DNA of 64,000 nucleotides from Oopsacas minuta (lineage: Eukaryota; Animalia; Porifera). The notes beneath the pieces are model-generated. The model was not told the DNA's origin, did no database searches, and was given only the letters and a program-made list of their open reading frames with translations. The stretch covers positions 1 through 64,000 of the forward strand of contig JAKMXF010000122.1 in NCBI GenBank assembly GCA_024704765.1, written 5' to 3'. Below are positions 44,834 through 56,981 of the stretch, in pieces. How positions within the stretch are numbered: the stretch's first letter is position 1; each line of letters begins with the position of its first letter. The position numbers were made by a program, and so were the translations under genes.

Positions 44834-47800
44834 TTATAACTTTGTTATTGAATTATATTCCGTGGGACTTGTGTCATCAGTTGGCTGAGTAACAGAAACA
44901 ATATCAGTAAAAGAAGTTGCTTCATCGGTCCAATCAATCTGTGAATGCATGGGGGCAGAATCTTGTCCCTGATGCTGTAACAGCGATTGTGGTGTAGCTT
45001 GATTAGTGTCTATAACGTTTTGATCTGTCCCATAGGTGATAATATCAGTAGAAAAGGAGCTTTGTGAGTTTTCAAGATCGTGTTGACATGTGGTTATGAA
45101 AGTTTGAGAACTGTTATATTTAATATCATACGACGAAATTGAATCAATTTTATCAACACGGTTTGTTGAGCCTTTCGTTGCTTCTTTTCCTAATTTCTCA
45201 GTCTCGTGTTTAGTGACACCAGCTTTCATTTTGAAATTCTTGAATTCCTCGGATGTTCTGAACAATCCTTTTGCATTATCACAAGCTTCGATATACTTGT
45301 ACCATACATTTGAACATTCCCCTACATTTTGGATACAGTCCATGTCCCCAATTACTAAAACCCAACCTCTTGCTCTCGTTAGGATAGTATTGAATTGTGT
45401 AACGTCATCTAACAGACCTAAATCAAGCTTGTCTTCCATTGACAATTCTCCCATATCATCAGACAGTGTCCTGACAGTATTGACAATAACGAGATCATAC
45501 TCTCTACCCTGCACCCCTTCTAGGTTCCTCACATTTATAGTACGATTACTTATACAGTTATTCTGAATGCACACGTCCTTGGTATGTCCCTTTGTCCTAC
45601 ATTTTCTACTTTCCTCCTTTACAGCTTCATAAATGAGTCTAACCTGAGCCTTGTGAGTGGAAAGAACACCTATGTTCTCTACCTTCAAACCTGCTTCTAC
45701 AAATTTCCTGAGTGCAAGGATTGTTAACTCTGCTTCTTCTTTATTGTAAAATGACGGAAATCCGTGGAGTCTCCGTTCGTCTCCACTCACATGTAAGAAG
45801 GAAAGAGCAGGGTAGTTAGTCGGTCCGGTTATGCAGGGAGGGTTAGCAATCAACGAATCATCATAGAATAGTTCAGATAAAAATTTTACAATCGTCTCTT
45901 GAGACCTGAAGTTTTCTCTCAATTCGATTTTACATATCCGTAAAGCACCAGTTTCATATGCTGGGAGTTGTTCAAATCTTTGTAATAGAGATTCATCCAA
46001 GCCGTATTGCTTTCCGTATTTTGATAATATCAAAGGTTTAGTTTGATACACATCTCCGGCTAAGACTATCTTAGTACTGTCGTTAGCTAGACACAAAGCG
46101 ATACAAGCTTCTGGTTCGATCACCTGGGCTGCTTCGTCCATAAAAATATGAGTAAAGAGAGCTTGAGATCTACCACGAGCTCGTGGAGGTAGGAGACTAG
46201 CTAATGCAACTAGAGTCGTAACTACAATTGTGCAAACTTCTAGTTCATAATACTTAATGCCTTTATAACTATCATACTCAATGTTAGCAAACGCTTTAAC
46301 TTCATCGTCATCCACCTGCAAGCTCCTGCTTTTTGAAAAATGTCTAAACATTATTTTCTTATTGCCCTGCTTGTTACGAAACATTGTTATTGTATCGAAG
46401 TGTTTCTGCAACAATTCAATGTAGAGGTTAGCTGAGCTGTTTGTTTTCGTGACTATTAGTATTTTAGCTCTGTGAAATAAACGAGATATCAGTTTTGCTG
46501 CAACAGAGAGAGTCCACGTCTTTCCACAGCCGAAAGGTCCGCAAATGATTGTAGGGAAACTCTGGTAATTGGAGTCTACAATGCTATATACAGCTTCTTT
46601 CTGCTGTAAGGATAGCTTTTCATTCTCCAACAGTTCTAATAGATGGTCTCTACCCCAGCTATAAGGTACCTCTAATTTCCTGTGTAGAGGGAAAAGAACA
46701 GACATTCTTACTAATTCGAGTGCTTCATGCATTTGTATGTAATCTTTTCGATCAGGTACGAACCTAACAAAAGCTTGTCCTCCGAACGGTTGACAAGCGT
46801 CTATCAATTCCGTGTGTATTAAAACAATTAAATACTCAGCACCCATATGACGTACTTCGTACTCATAAGCTAACTTAGTCCCATTTGGAATAAAGTATGC
46901 TAGCTTGGGGGGTCTGAAAGCCCGGTACCCCTCGAAAAGACGATGATTTAACTTCAGAGTTAGGTACCTAAAATCTTTAGGTGCATTATAAGTACGATCA
47001 CGACCATAGTCCCTCTCAACAGTAATTTGTTTTTCAACAGATCGGAAAGTTATAATCTGATCAGGAAGATCATATCTCATGAGTGATCGCTTGTGTTCGA
47101 ATTCTTCAAAGTATAACAGAGAATGGAATCTTTTAACAAAATATTCCTTGTTAATCTCATCCGGCATATTATCATAGTAGCCAGTGTTTAGGTTTTTTTC
47201 TACGAAGTTTGGTATTTGATACGATTTGTTTATATGTGTATTTACAAATTTAAAATTGTATTCCCAATTTACTTTCAACAATTCCTCAACCCTTGGTATT
47301 CGTATAGGTGGTTGTTTAGTGATTATTTCGAAATCCTCACAGATATTCTTGAATCCTTCTCCAAGTATCTTAACTTTAACTTCTCTGGCCAACAATAACT
47401 GGTCCTTTATTTGAAATATAATTCGCGCTTTATAGCTCCCTACTACTTCTGGTTTACAGAAGAGTGAAATTTCGAAATACGAATCTTGATTAAATGTTTG
47501 ACAAAGTAAGTAGTTAGTACGGTTAGGGACAAATTTATGTTTAATTTCCACTCTACCACTTCCTTTCGTAGAACACTTGAATATTTCGCCTAGCCAGAAA
47601 ATCTTTTTATTATCACACAGAACAATCGAATTCAGTTCATAATTTTGGGTAGCTTTAAGATAGAAAACCCATTTTATATTATTCGCTCGATTATATTCTT
47701 CAATAGTTACTGTTTGCGATCTGATACAGTTAATTTTGATATTTTTGAGGAAACGCCTGAGACAAGGCTCGATTCCATAATAACTGATTCCCTCATATAC

Positions 47801-48634
47801 CTCCCTGACATGTTCTGGTTCTCCGTCAAACTTGCTGGAAATAGAGCTACAGTATTCAGTGTAATTCCAGCTCTGAGAGGATATTTCACTCTCAGATGGA
47901 TATCGACATGCTCCTCCCTCTGAAATTTCACTACTACTATATTTTTTATAAGAGCTCATGTCTTCTTGTAGTCCGTCAGAATTATACCTTCTATCTTCAC
48001 ACTGAAAAGTCCGAGCAGTGAACGCATCCATCCAAACTGTGAGCTCCTCCTTTGAATGTGCATATTTACAACCTGTACCATACTGGCACCACCTCTTTCT
48101 AGCGAAATTTCGACAGAGTTCATAATCTTTTCCATATTGTAGACGTGGTCGAGTACGAATTGGACCCGTGTAACGAATACTTGACCCCACATCAGGGAGT
48201 ATCCACATGTGATATGCCCTTGTTTCGTGTTGTTTGCTCATTAGATGAGCATTCAAGTTGTCATTGTCTCTAAATTCCAACTGACAAATAACACAACCAA
48301 ATTTGGGTTTACTTGGACGCTTTCTAATCATTAACAGCCTATCGTCTTCAATCCACATCTCAAGCTCAAGCTGATTGTGTGCTCTTCTACAACCTCTGTA
48401 ACACATACCATTCTTGTATCTACACATGCTCAATTCGCTGTTAAAAGAACGCGGTCTGATAATATACCATTTACGGTGCGGAGTATAGTATCCGACGTGA
48501 ATTCCAACCCATTGACGTCCACAAGTTTTACACTTTCCATCTCTGTAACGGAATTTCTCTAGTGTGGGTGGGATTATGCTCAGTGTGTCCATAAAACAAT
48601 CTTCACATACATGGTGTGTCTCGAATGAATTCAT
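44834..48634 (-). CDS. HELZ: HELZ/HELZ2-family zinc-finger UPF1-like (SF1B) RNA helicase, 1266 aa, single ORF
   Basis: N-terminal Cys/His clusters (C3H1-like CRYKNGMCYRGCRRAH, C2H2 CVICQ...HLMSKQH, C3H1 CRNFARKRWCQYGTGCKYAH). Helicase motifs GPFGCGKT (HELZ-type motif I), DEAAQ, LAGDxxQ, ENFRS, QGREYD, NTILTRA. Orthology to HELZ vs HELZ2 is not resolved. Confidence 0.85.
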   Translation of the reverse strand: MNSFETHHVCEDCFMDTLSIIPPTLEKFRYRDGKCKTCGRQWVGIHVGYYTPHRKWYIIRPRSFNSELSMCRYKNGMCYRGCRRAHNQLELEMWIEDDRLLMIRKRPSKPKFGCVICQLEFRDNDNLNAHLMSKQHETRAYHMWILPDVGSSIRYTGPIRTRPRLQYGKDYELCRNFARKRWCQYGTGCKYAHSKEELTVWMDAFTARTFQCEDRRYNSDGLQEDMSSYKKYSSSEISEGGACRYPSESEISSQSWNYTEYCSSISSKFDGEPEHVREVYEGISYYGIEPCLRRFLKNIKINCIRSQTVTIEEYNRANNIKWVFYLKATQNYELNSIVLCDNKKIFWLGEIFKCSTKGSGRVEIKHKFVPNRTNYLLCQTFNQDSYFEISLFCKPEVVGSYKARIIFQIKDQLLLAREVKVKILGEGFKNICEDFEIITKQPPIRIPRVEELLKVNWEYNFKFVNTHINKSYQIPNFVEKNLNTGYYDNMPDEINKEYFVKRFHSLLYFEEFEHKRSLMRYDLPDQIITFRSVEKQITVERDYGRDRTYNAPKDFRYLTLKLNHRLFEGYRAFRPPKLAYFIPNGTKLAYEYEVRHMGAEYLIVLIHTELIDACQPFGGQAFVRFVPDRKDYIQMHEALELVRMSVLFPLHRKLEVPYSWGRDHLLELLENEKLSLQQKEAVYSIVDSNYQSFPTIICGPFGCGKTWTLSVAAKLISRLFHRAKILIVTKTNSSANLYIELLQKHFDTITMFRNKQGNKKIMFRHFSKSRSLQVDDDEVKAFANIEYDSYKGIKYYELEVCTIVVTTLVALASLLPPRARGRSQALFTHIFMDEAAQVIEPEACIALCLANDSTKIVLAGDVYQTKPLILSKYGKQYGLDESLLQRFEQLPAYETGALRICKIELRENFRSQETIVKFLSELFYDDSLIANPPCITGPTNYPALSFLHVSGDERRLHGFPSFYNKEEAELTILALRKFVEAGLKVENIGVLSTHKAQVRLIYEAVKEESRKCRTKGHTKDVCIQNNCISNRTINVRNLEGVQGREYDLVIVNTVRTLSDDMGELSMEDKLDLGLLDDVTQFNTILTRARGWVLVIGDMDCIQNVGECSNVWYKYIEACDNAKGLFRTSEEFKNFKMKAGVTKHETEKLGKEATKGSTNRVDKIDSISSYDIKYNSSQTFITTCQHDLENSQSSFSTDIITYGTDQNVIDTNQATPQSLLQHQGQDSAPMHSQIDWTDEATSFTDIVSVTQPTDDTSPTEYNSITKL

Positions 48635-51084
48635 TCTACTGTAATAATAACCATATTAATAAAAATTATTAAATCCATAGATGTTGTTTGAATGCACATT
48701 GTTATTGTGTATTCGAATTAAGCAATTCCGAGCAGGGCTAGGGTTAGTTAACCGAATTAAGGGCGAGATTATAACAGGGATCGAAACCTTCTAAATCGTG
48801 AGATTCGTCAAAATATCACTATTCTATCGTGACATGTGTATTAAATATTACTTTTCTGTGAAAAGACCTGCAACATTTATACACCCGAAATCGTGAGTTG
48901 AGAGCCCTGTTAAAATCTTCTCGATAATAGCAGTTGGCCAGTTAACCGCTGCAAGTATTCTTTCATACAATCAATGAAGTTTTGTAACTAATATTGAACA
49001 TATCAATATATACTATTAGGGGCATTTGGCTCGTCGCTTCGCGATGAACAGAGCGCATTGCGCCTCGAGGTATTTAACGGACAAATATACAGACAAACAA
49101 CAATTGAGATTTAATAATATTGATGTTGTTTACAATCCTCAGACGCAGCATACTCGTGATACCAGTATAGTCGTTGAAATTATGATTCTACCTCAATTTT
49201 GAAATTTTTTTACATTATATACATAAAAACAACAATAAATTTACATATGATTAAACCAAAAGTGTGAAAATTGGATTCAGCATGTTCGATATATTTAGTG
49301 CAGTTTTATTGAATTATTTTACTTCCTTGATAAACACGATAAATACATAGTTGTGTGACAATTTCAAAATTGCATACCGTAAATCCTTTCCTTGACAACG
49401 GATAAACAAACAGACAGACAACAATTGAGATTTAACACCTTCAGGCTCTTAGGTATATACCGTTTATACACTACGCAGTCAGAGTCGCTAATCGTAACCA
49501 CCACGGGACAAAAATGTTATTCATAATAACCACACTTTATATTAAGCGAAATTATTTAGTAGAAATAATAGAAAAACCCACTAGAATTAATTTAATGAAA
49601 TTTCCTCGGCACAGGCGGTGATATGAAATTTTATCCTATTCTAGTTTTGTATAATTTATGTATGTGCATCGTTTTTCCGATCGAGGATTATGAATAGTTC
49701 CAGATCGATGTATTGTCTCAGACCGATGGGCGGGTTCAGACTATTAGCTCGCTAATTGGACCCGCCCAGACCGCACTTGAAAGCGGACCGGACCTCTGCA
49801 TCTCTAGCAACTACACTATTAATAAATATTTTCGGATCAACTCAAGCAAATAACTAATGCCAGGCCAATATCTGGGTGTGTGGTTTTTGGAAATAGTTAT
49901 GAGGGTTCGAATCTGACCTTTATCGGGTGTTATCTCCATGTTCTTATTACATTACGTGCGCAAATTTTAATCTATGCACACTTAGAATGCACCGGTTACC
50001 TAACTCTAGATGGAGCCCTGATTTGGACATTTATCTACATCTTAAAATATCTTATACATTTACAATTCTATTTCTCACAAATCCAGACGATGAAATAATG
50101 TTTCTTCAAGAAATATGCTAAAAAATAGAAGAGGACGATATCATAAATCGTGTTTAAGATACTATCGAGGGTCGATATGTGTATAAATAGACTCAGCTAA
50201 CCCAGTCGCGTCGAACAAGGGGCCAGTTGATTGGTTTTGGACAAATTTTGAGAATGGAATATTGCAACATGTTGCAGCATTCCTAAGATATTTCTGCGTT
50301 GCCATGGACAAAAGGCGTTGAGGTGACTACTCAAAAGGACGAGGAATTTATAGATTTCACCATAATCTGGATAAATTTCGAGAAAGTATATTTTGGCCGT
50401 TAGCTGGAAATTAACAACTTCAAATGTGTCGCTTAAGTGGTAAAATATTATGGGCAATGAATATAGGAGTTGATATAATATCCAAAAAACGATCTACGTA
50501 TCTGTGATAAGAGTCACCCTCAGAAAGTATAAATTCTTAGTAGAGATGATGAATTAAACTCCCTACCGACTGTGCCGCTAGAAATGAATGTACGAATAGA
50601 GTATCAAAATATAATCTCATTGTGGTATGATGAGGTGTGATAGAGATTAATTATTAAATATGAGATAACCTCAAAGGAGATGAAGCTACTCAACAAATTT
50701 CAGGTTAATTGATTGGAAATTGAATGAGTAATTAAGTGTTAAGTTGTCTTCAACGCTCGCTAACTTCACACTAGTATTCCACTGATAATTTTAACTGATA
50801 ATGCCCTTTAACCGGAATTTGCGGGTGTATTCTATAATATGTATATTATAATATTTTTTATGAATGAAGTCAATGAACTAATACCTCACTAAATAATGAG
50901 ATAATGATAAAGACCCACCCGCCCCATACATGTTCAGGTGGATCTAATGTGGATTTTCTCATCAACAGTGGCCTAAACAATTCAGTGTTCCGAATTAATT
51001 GAAGAATCTGGAAGACCCCCAGGACTGATTTTTAGTGAGCAGGGGCATGCTGGCCTTGCTCGGATAATTTCGAGTCTTGAACGA

Positions 51085-51542
51085 AAATTCACACTATGAC
51101 GAAACTATGACGTTTTGTCAGCCTTTTGGATTTTCGAAAATTACATTATTAACAACTGCTCAGCCAATATACATGATAGAAGTATCGAAATTTGAATCAC
51201 AGGTACCCCTCAATGCGACAAATTTCCTAACTTCCAGATTTGGGCTAAATGCTATCTCAGAATGGGATTATTACGTCATCATGACTGTACAAAAATCAAA
51301 ATTTCCCGAATTTCGATTTTTTTGAGAATTTCATAATACTTGAAGCTATTAAATGAAATTTGGATGGAACGTGGATAATAAAAAATTCACACTTCCGCTA
51401 TTTCCTACACTTGAGTCACGAAGTGCTGAGTATATTTCGTCGCATAGCGACCAAAAGTACTAAGAAAATTAGCTGTTAATTACTAAAATTTACCTGAGGC
51501 ACTAAGCTATCGCGTAGCAACCTAGCAAGCGAAGCGCGGTAG
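51085..51542 (+). mobile_element. Helitron-like repeat copy
   Basis: Ends CCTAGCAAGCGAAGCGCGGTAG|T; body similar to 20640-21139. Confidence 0.55.
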
Positions 51543-51774
51543 TACATAATAACAACATAAAAGACAAACAGGAACTGTGAAATTCAGATTCAAAAATATC
51601 TTCAAGTTCTTAAACACGTACCAAATACAGAAACGGAATTATCTGTGCAAGGTTAATTAATTAATTATTGAAAGATACCGTACATATATAGGTGAATAGC
51701 TGTAAGTAACAAAGATGAAGGTACTGCTGAAGAAAGAATTTATATTAATATAATATCTATAGAATTATCATATA

Positions 51775-51776
<2 letters not shown>

Positions 51777-51812
<36 letters not shown>
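51777..51812 (+). repeat. (TA)18 microsatellite
   Basis: Perfect dinucleotide run. Confidence 0.97.
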
Positions 51813-51814
<2 letters not shown>

Positions 51815-53001
51815 AGTATATGTTAATATAATTGAAGGTTAAATACAATAACTAGAGCATATACTAAGTTATTGACGTATTTGTAACTGTATATTCATAA
51901 ATTCAATTATTATATTCCATGAATATAATTAGTAATATGAGCTAATAGTAGCTGTGTTTGGATAAAAACTTAAATGTCACGTGATTAACAGGCAAGAAAA
52001 TGAACCAGCAAGAAAATGAACCATAACACCTCATGGAAGTACGTATTATTAAATAATAACGGGTGTAAAGTGAGCAGCGAATTCCGGGAGTGAAAAAGGA
52101 CAACTTAATACTTAAATTCTGTCAATTCTTAATCAATTCATCTGAAATTTGGTCAGTATATTTGTTTAGAGTGGTACATTTCCCATATTCAATAATTAAT
52201 CCCTAAGACACATATTTTTGCAACAATGACGTTGTAAATATAATACAAAATCCCCATAGGAATTGAACACAACTTAACTCAGAATAATTCTGTCAATTCT
52301 CAATCAATATACCTGATCAGCATCTTTGTATAGAGTGGTGGTTTCCAATATTCAATAAATATTCCCTCTCACACTGTAATGTCTCATGAAATATGGCAAC
52401 ATTGCATTCTCTAAATTTGTCCTTGACCTATCGAGTCGACACTAGGCTAGCTGAATCTAGTTATGCACATACAGACCCTGTAATGATATTTAATAAGATT
52501 TATTGGATCAACCTCTCCGGTCGATCTCTTTTGATTATCTTTTACATAAGTAACATGACTACATGATGTAGCGTTTGTTTTGTTAATAATACGAAAGCCC
52601 TACATTGAATCATTTATCGTACTGGAGCTGGTACGACAGGTGCGGCGCTTGACACCCTGTCATCTACTGTAGATCTCGGTGACTACCCAATAATTATGCA
52701 AAGAGGTTGAATGTCTCAAACTATCACATGTAGAGGTTAGAGGAAATAAACGTTAAAATCGTATTTAAGATCAATTAGAGGGTCTGTATGTGCATAACTA
52801 GACTCAGCAAGCCGAGCGACGTCGATCAATAGGATATAGGACAAATTTGAGAATGGAATATTGCCACATTCCTGAGACATTCTCGTGTTGCTAGGGAAAA
52901 AATAATCCCGAATATATTCGAGTGACGACTCATATGACGTAAATCTTTCGCTGATCACAAATATGGACCCAAATTCGTTTCGATTCAAATTTTGGATGAG
53001 T

Positions 53002-53053
53002 TACCGTATTTCCCCGAATAAGCGCCCCGGCGCGTATTCAGGGAAATACGGTA
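53002..53053. mobile_element. 52-bp minimal MITE (two fused pogo/Tc-type TIRs)
   Basis: TACCGTATTTCCCCGAATAAGCGCC-CC-GGCGCGTATTCAGGGAAATACGGTA: near-perfect hairpin bounded by TA. Confidence 0.65.
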
Positions 53054-53920
53054 TATTCATGTCAGCCTTCAAAATGTGTCCAAAGTAGCACATTATACGG
53101 ATTGTACATCACATCCCTGATCTTCGAAGAACTAGGGTCACCTTCTAAATGCATTTCCTATATTCAATAATTAATCCTTATCACATCTACTCTTGCCACA
53201 ATGACAGTACAAAATTTGTAACACTAAATTTCCTTATTGTCAGGACTGTTAGCCCTGAAACCGTGACAAGTTGGGTAAAAACTCCAAATTTATTTCAAAT
53301 TTACAATAGGGTGTAACTTTGAAATAAATTTGGAGCTTTTGTGGCAAGAGTACGTGTAATTTCAGGTGAATTGATTGAGAATTGACAGAATTATTCGGAG
53401 TTAATTTGTGCTCCAAATTCCCTATGGGGACTTTGTATTACACATTTAGGGATTAATTATCGAAAATAGGAAATGCACCACTCTTGAGATAGGTCCTGAC
53501 CAAAATTCAGTTGAAATGATCAGAACGTAGATCCTTTTATAATTTAGGATCAGGATCTAGATCGTATAATGCTCTAAAACCAGACACGGCTTGCCTAGGG
53601 GGCGTCGAACAAGCGGTCACTCAAAATTTGAGAATGGAATGTTGCCACATTCCTGTGTTGCTAAGGTAAAAATCACCGTCTGTGCAGACTGAAATTCTAC
53701 CAAATTATTGAAATTATATTATATGCTAAATATACATTTTAGGAAGAGAGATACAAATGAATTTTACTCGCCTTGTTAGACATTTAAGATGTCAGAATAG
53801 AATACTACTTTTCTGTTTACTCCTATTTAACTAGTGGAAGCTAATCTATAGGAAAATTTTGAAATGTTCGAAAAATGTATGAAAATATGATTAATCATAT
53901 GATATATCAGTGTATATATA

Positions 53921-54420
53921 CTAGCGCGCATCGCTTGCTAGGTAGCTGCGCAAAGGAATGTACAAAGCACTCCATGCCTCAAAATCACAGAATAGTATTT
54001 AATTTTAAGATTCTATTAATCATAGTCCATCCAAATTACATTCAATGGCCTTCTGTGGTGATACTGGAGATGCTATGACTCTTTTGGTTAGTAATATTAA
54101 TAAATTCTCAAAATATAGAAATTTGTAGAATTCAGATTTTTTATACAGTCATGATGATGTAATTACCATATGATGAGTTAGCTTTTGGTCAAAATCATGG
54201 CGTCAGCACTTTTGTCACATTGAGAGGTACATGTGATAGAAATTTCGCCCATCTATCTTGTACATTGGCAGAGCAGTGGTTATTAATGTGATTTTTCGAA
54301 ACCCACCAAAGGTGACAATGACGTCATAATTTCGTCATGGGTGTAAATTTTGTCCAAGACTCAAACTTGCCCGAGCCAGGCCCAAAATACCCTTCTATGC
54401 CCAAAATCATCGCTGTCGGT
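53921..54420 (-). mobile_element. Helitron-like repeat copy (inverted)
   Basis: Reverse complement ends CCTAGCAAGCGATGCGCGCTAG|T; body similar to 20585-21139. Confidence 0.55.
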
Positions 54421-55417
54421 TCTCCAGTTTATTCAATCAATTCTGTACATACAACATACATACACACATACATACTCGTATACTATAATTGATTAATTGC
54501 GTTTTAACAGAATAGATATATTTAAAAAAGTGTATTGACCAATAGAATTGCAGTCTACAATGGTCAATACAAATAGATTCCTATGCTAGTCAAATTATAT
54601 ATACTCCACCACAACTCATTTTATGAATTTATGCCAATTTTACAACCCTACAATCTGATAAGGCTACAATACAGAGGTGTGAAAAGGTGTGTAAAGTAAT
54701 TTGATCCAACATAACTTCAATTTTACTTGGAATTTCCCATACATTTTTGGGTCATAATAAGTGTTCCCTCTGTTGTGGACGATTCGATATAACAAATGTT
54801 CGAGTTAACGGCATTCGAGGTAGCTGATGTTGACTGACGACATTACACAAAATGGCGAAATTAGATTTCAAAATATCATACCGTAGACCAGGTTGTCCAG
54901 AGACTATCTACTTAGAGCCAATTTCCAACACATTTGATTGGAATCGCGGGCCTCATCATAAAATTTGAGAGGAATTCGTAATTTTCTATTTTGAATCAAT
55001 ATAGTGATCAATATACTCACATAGGGTAGACTCCGCTAAAATAGGGTTACACCGGGGCCATGCTAATTTACCCGATTAAGCGGAATCAAGGTGTTTGCCA
55101 GATTAACCGGAGTTATTTAACACTATTTGTATGATAGTTCTGTTTCTGGCCGAGTGACTCGAATACTGTAATTGTGAACAATGCAAACGTGACCTATTTT
55201 AGAAGGGGTGAGTCCAGCCTTCATTGTTTGGGCCCTGACAAATAGGTCCACATCCAAAAAATGATTATTAAAATGATTTAACAATTAGGCCACTCAAGCC
55301 TGCAACTAGTCGCTGAATTGGATTCTTATCTAAGTACGGTGATATATAATATATAATAACTATAGGACCGCGAAAATAGGGTTGGAATTATAAATGGGAG
55401 TAAATTTCAACAGTATA

Positions 55418-55603
55418 CAGTGGAGTCTCCCAAAACGGATACTTCGAAAAACAGACAACACTTCTACAACGGACAAGCTCGTGGAACGAAATAAGTTGGT
55501 AATATATGCAAATAATACTTAATCAATCTCTGAGAAGCAGACATCTCACCTACAAAGGACATAATCTAATCCCCAATGTGTCCGTTATTGGGGAACTCCA
55601 CTG
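55418..55603. mobile_element. pogo/Tigger-like MITE (186 bp)
   Basis: TA-CAGTGGAGTCTCCCAAAACGGATAC ... GTGTCCGTTATTGGGGAACTCCACTG-TA. Confidence 0.82.
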
Positions 55604-56303
55604 TACCCATATATTTTCGCATTCAAATTGAGATTCAAGTTACAACATAATTGGGGGGGGGCTAATTTTGAAAATTCGAAATCTGGAAATTTTCAATGTT
55701 ATCATTACTCCACTATGATGATGTGACCGCATGGGTAAGATCTGCATTAGGCCTCAAAAAATAACACCCATTCAATTCGCAAATTGTGAATCGCAAATGC
55801 ATCTTATTATCACAGTTTCGTTGTTTTCCAAATTTATCTCGAATTGTCGCGTATAGAAATGTCGATATCCGCCCCATTCATAATCGAGTTTTACCGTTTA
55901 CGGCTGAAGTGTTACGTTCGTAATGAAAAGGGACGCTCAAATTTTACCACTTCATTTTAACCAATTCCTGCACCAATAACATGATTATAGCACCTTTTTG
56001 AGATTATATAATCTAACATTTTCCTGGGAGTATTTGATTATTAGTGTAAATAGATCCAGAAATTTAATTACTAAAGAGAAATGTCAGAATCGTACACTGT
56101 ACTAATAGTCAAACATTCATTGTATAATCACACAAGTTTTCAGAAATATAAAGATAAGAAGGACACCATAAAAACATTAGAGCAAACAGGTGTGTATCTT
56201 TCAGTTAATTAAATGCAATTGAGAAATTATTGAATAGTTCAAATACTCACTTAAATATTCAAAATATAAACCTTTCTGATCTACTGCTGGAATGGTTATA
56301 AGG

Positions 56304-56981
56304 CAGTGGTTTTCAACCTTTTTTCAATCCCGGACCCCCTAAACATGTTGCGGTAACTTGCGGAACCTAACCTCTGTATCTTCTTCACTCATACATTTTC
56401 CGCAAAGAAACCATTATAACAAATTATTTATTCATGCAATTACTTAATTAATTCTAATACTCTTTCCTCTCTGAAACTTGCGCCTGTGATATTTGCATCT
56501 CTTTCATTCTAGGCCTGATTGTCGATAAACACACTCGCATCTCTCACTCAACAAACCAAAGTCGTACTCTTTTTTAATTTTTTATCGTTGTCATAGCAGA
56601 GAATCCTAGTTCATTAATATATGTTGCCGAAAATAGTAGCATGGTTTTAGAGCGTTTTTTATCATGTTAGGGTATGCATTTTCAATGGTGATCCAAAATG
56701 AACTGAGAGATACATCTGATCAAAAATTCAACTGGTTTATATTTGACAATAAGATGTGATGTTGGAGGTAACCGTTAAGTTTATAATGAAGTAAATCTGA
56801 ATGATATATATCCATTATCTACAATTAACTAGTTATATCTTACAATTCAAGTAATATCAAAAAGTTAATTGAGAATACTTATATCTAGCAAAATGTTAAT
56901 AACAATTTCAAAAATGATTTAAATAATGCACATGCATCGATATATGAAAGAACACACCGGAACCCCGGTTGGGAACCACTG
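56304..56981 (-). mobile_element. Buster/Charlie-type hAT deletion derivative (678 bp)
   Basis: TIRs CAGTGGTTTTCAACC / GGTTGGGAACCACTG. TSD TTATAAGG / TTATAGGG (central TA). Minus-strand remnant LFSATYINELGFSAMTTIK..RVRL..EMRVCLSTIRPRM..QAQVS matches the Buster transposase C-terminus. Confidence 0.88.

Noticed and set aside
45213-48562. Short ORFs overlapping HELZ, SPT6, SLC5 and the transposases on other frames or strands
   Set aside because: They are antisense or alternate-frame shadows of long coding regions with no independent motifs.
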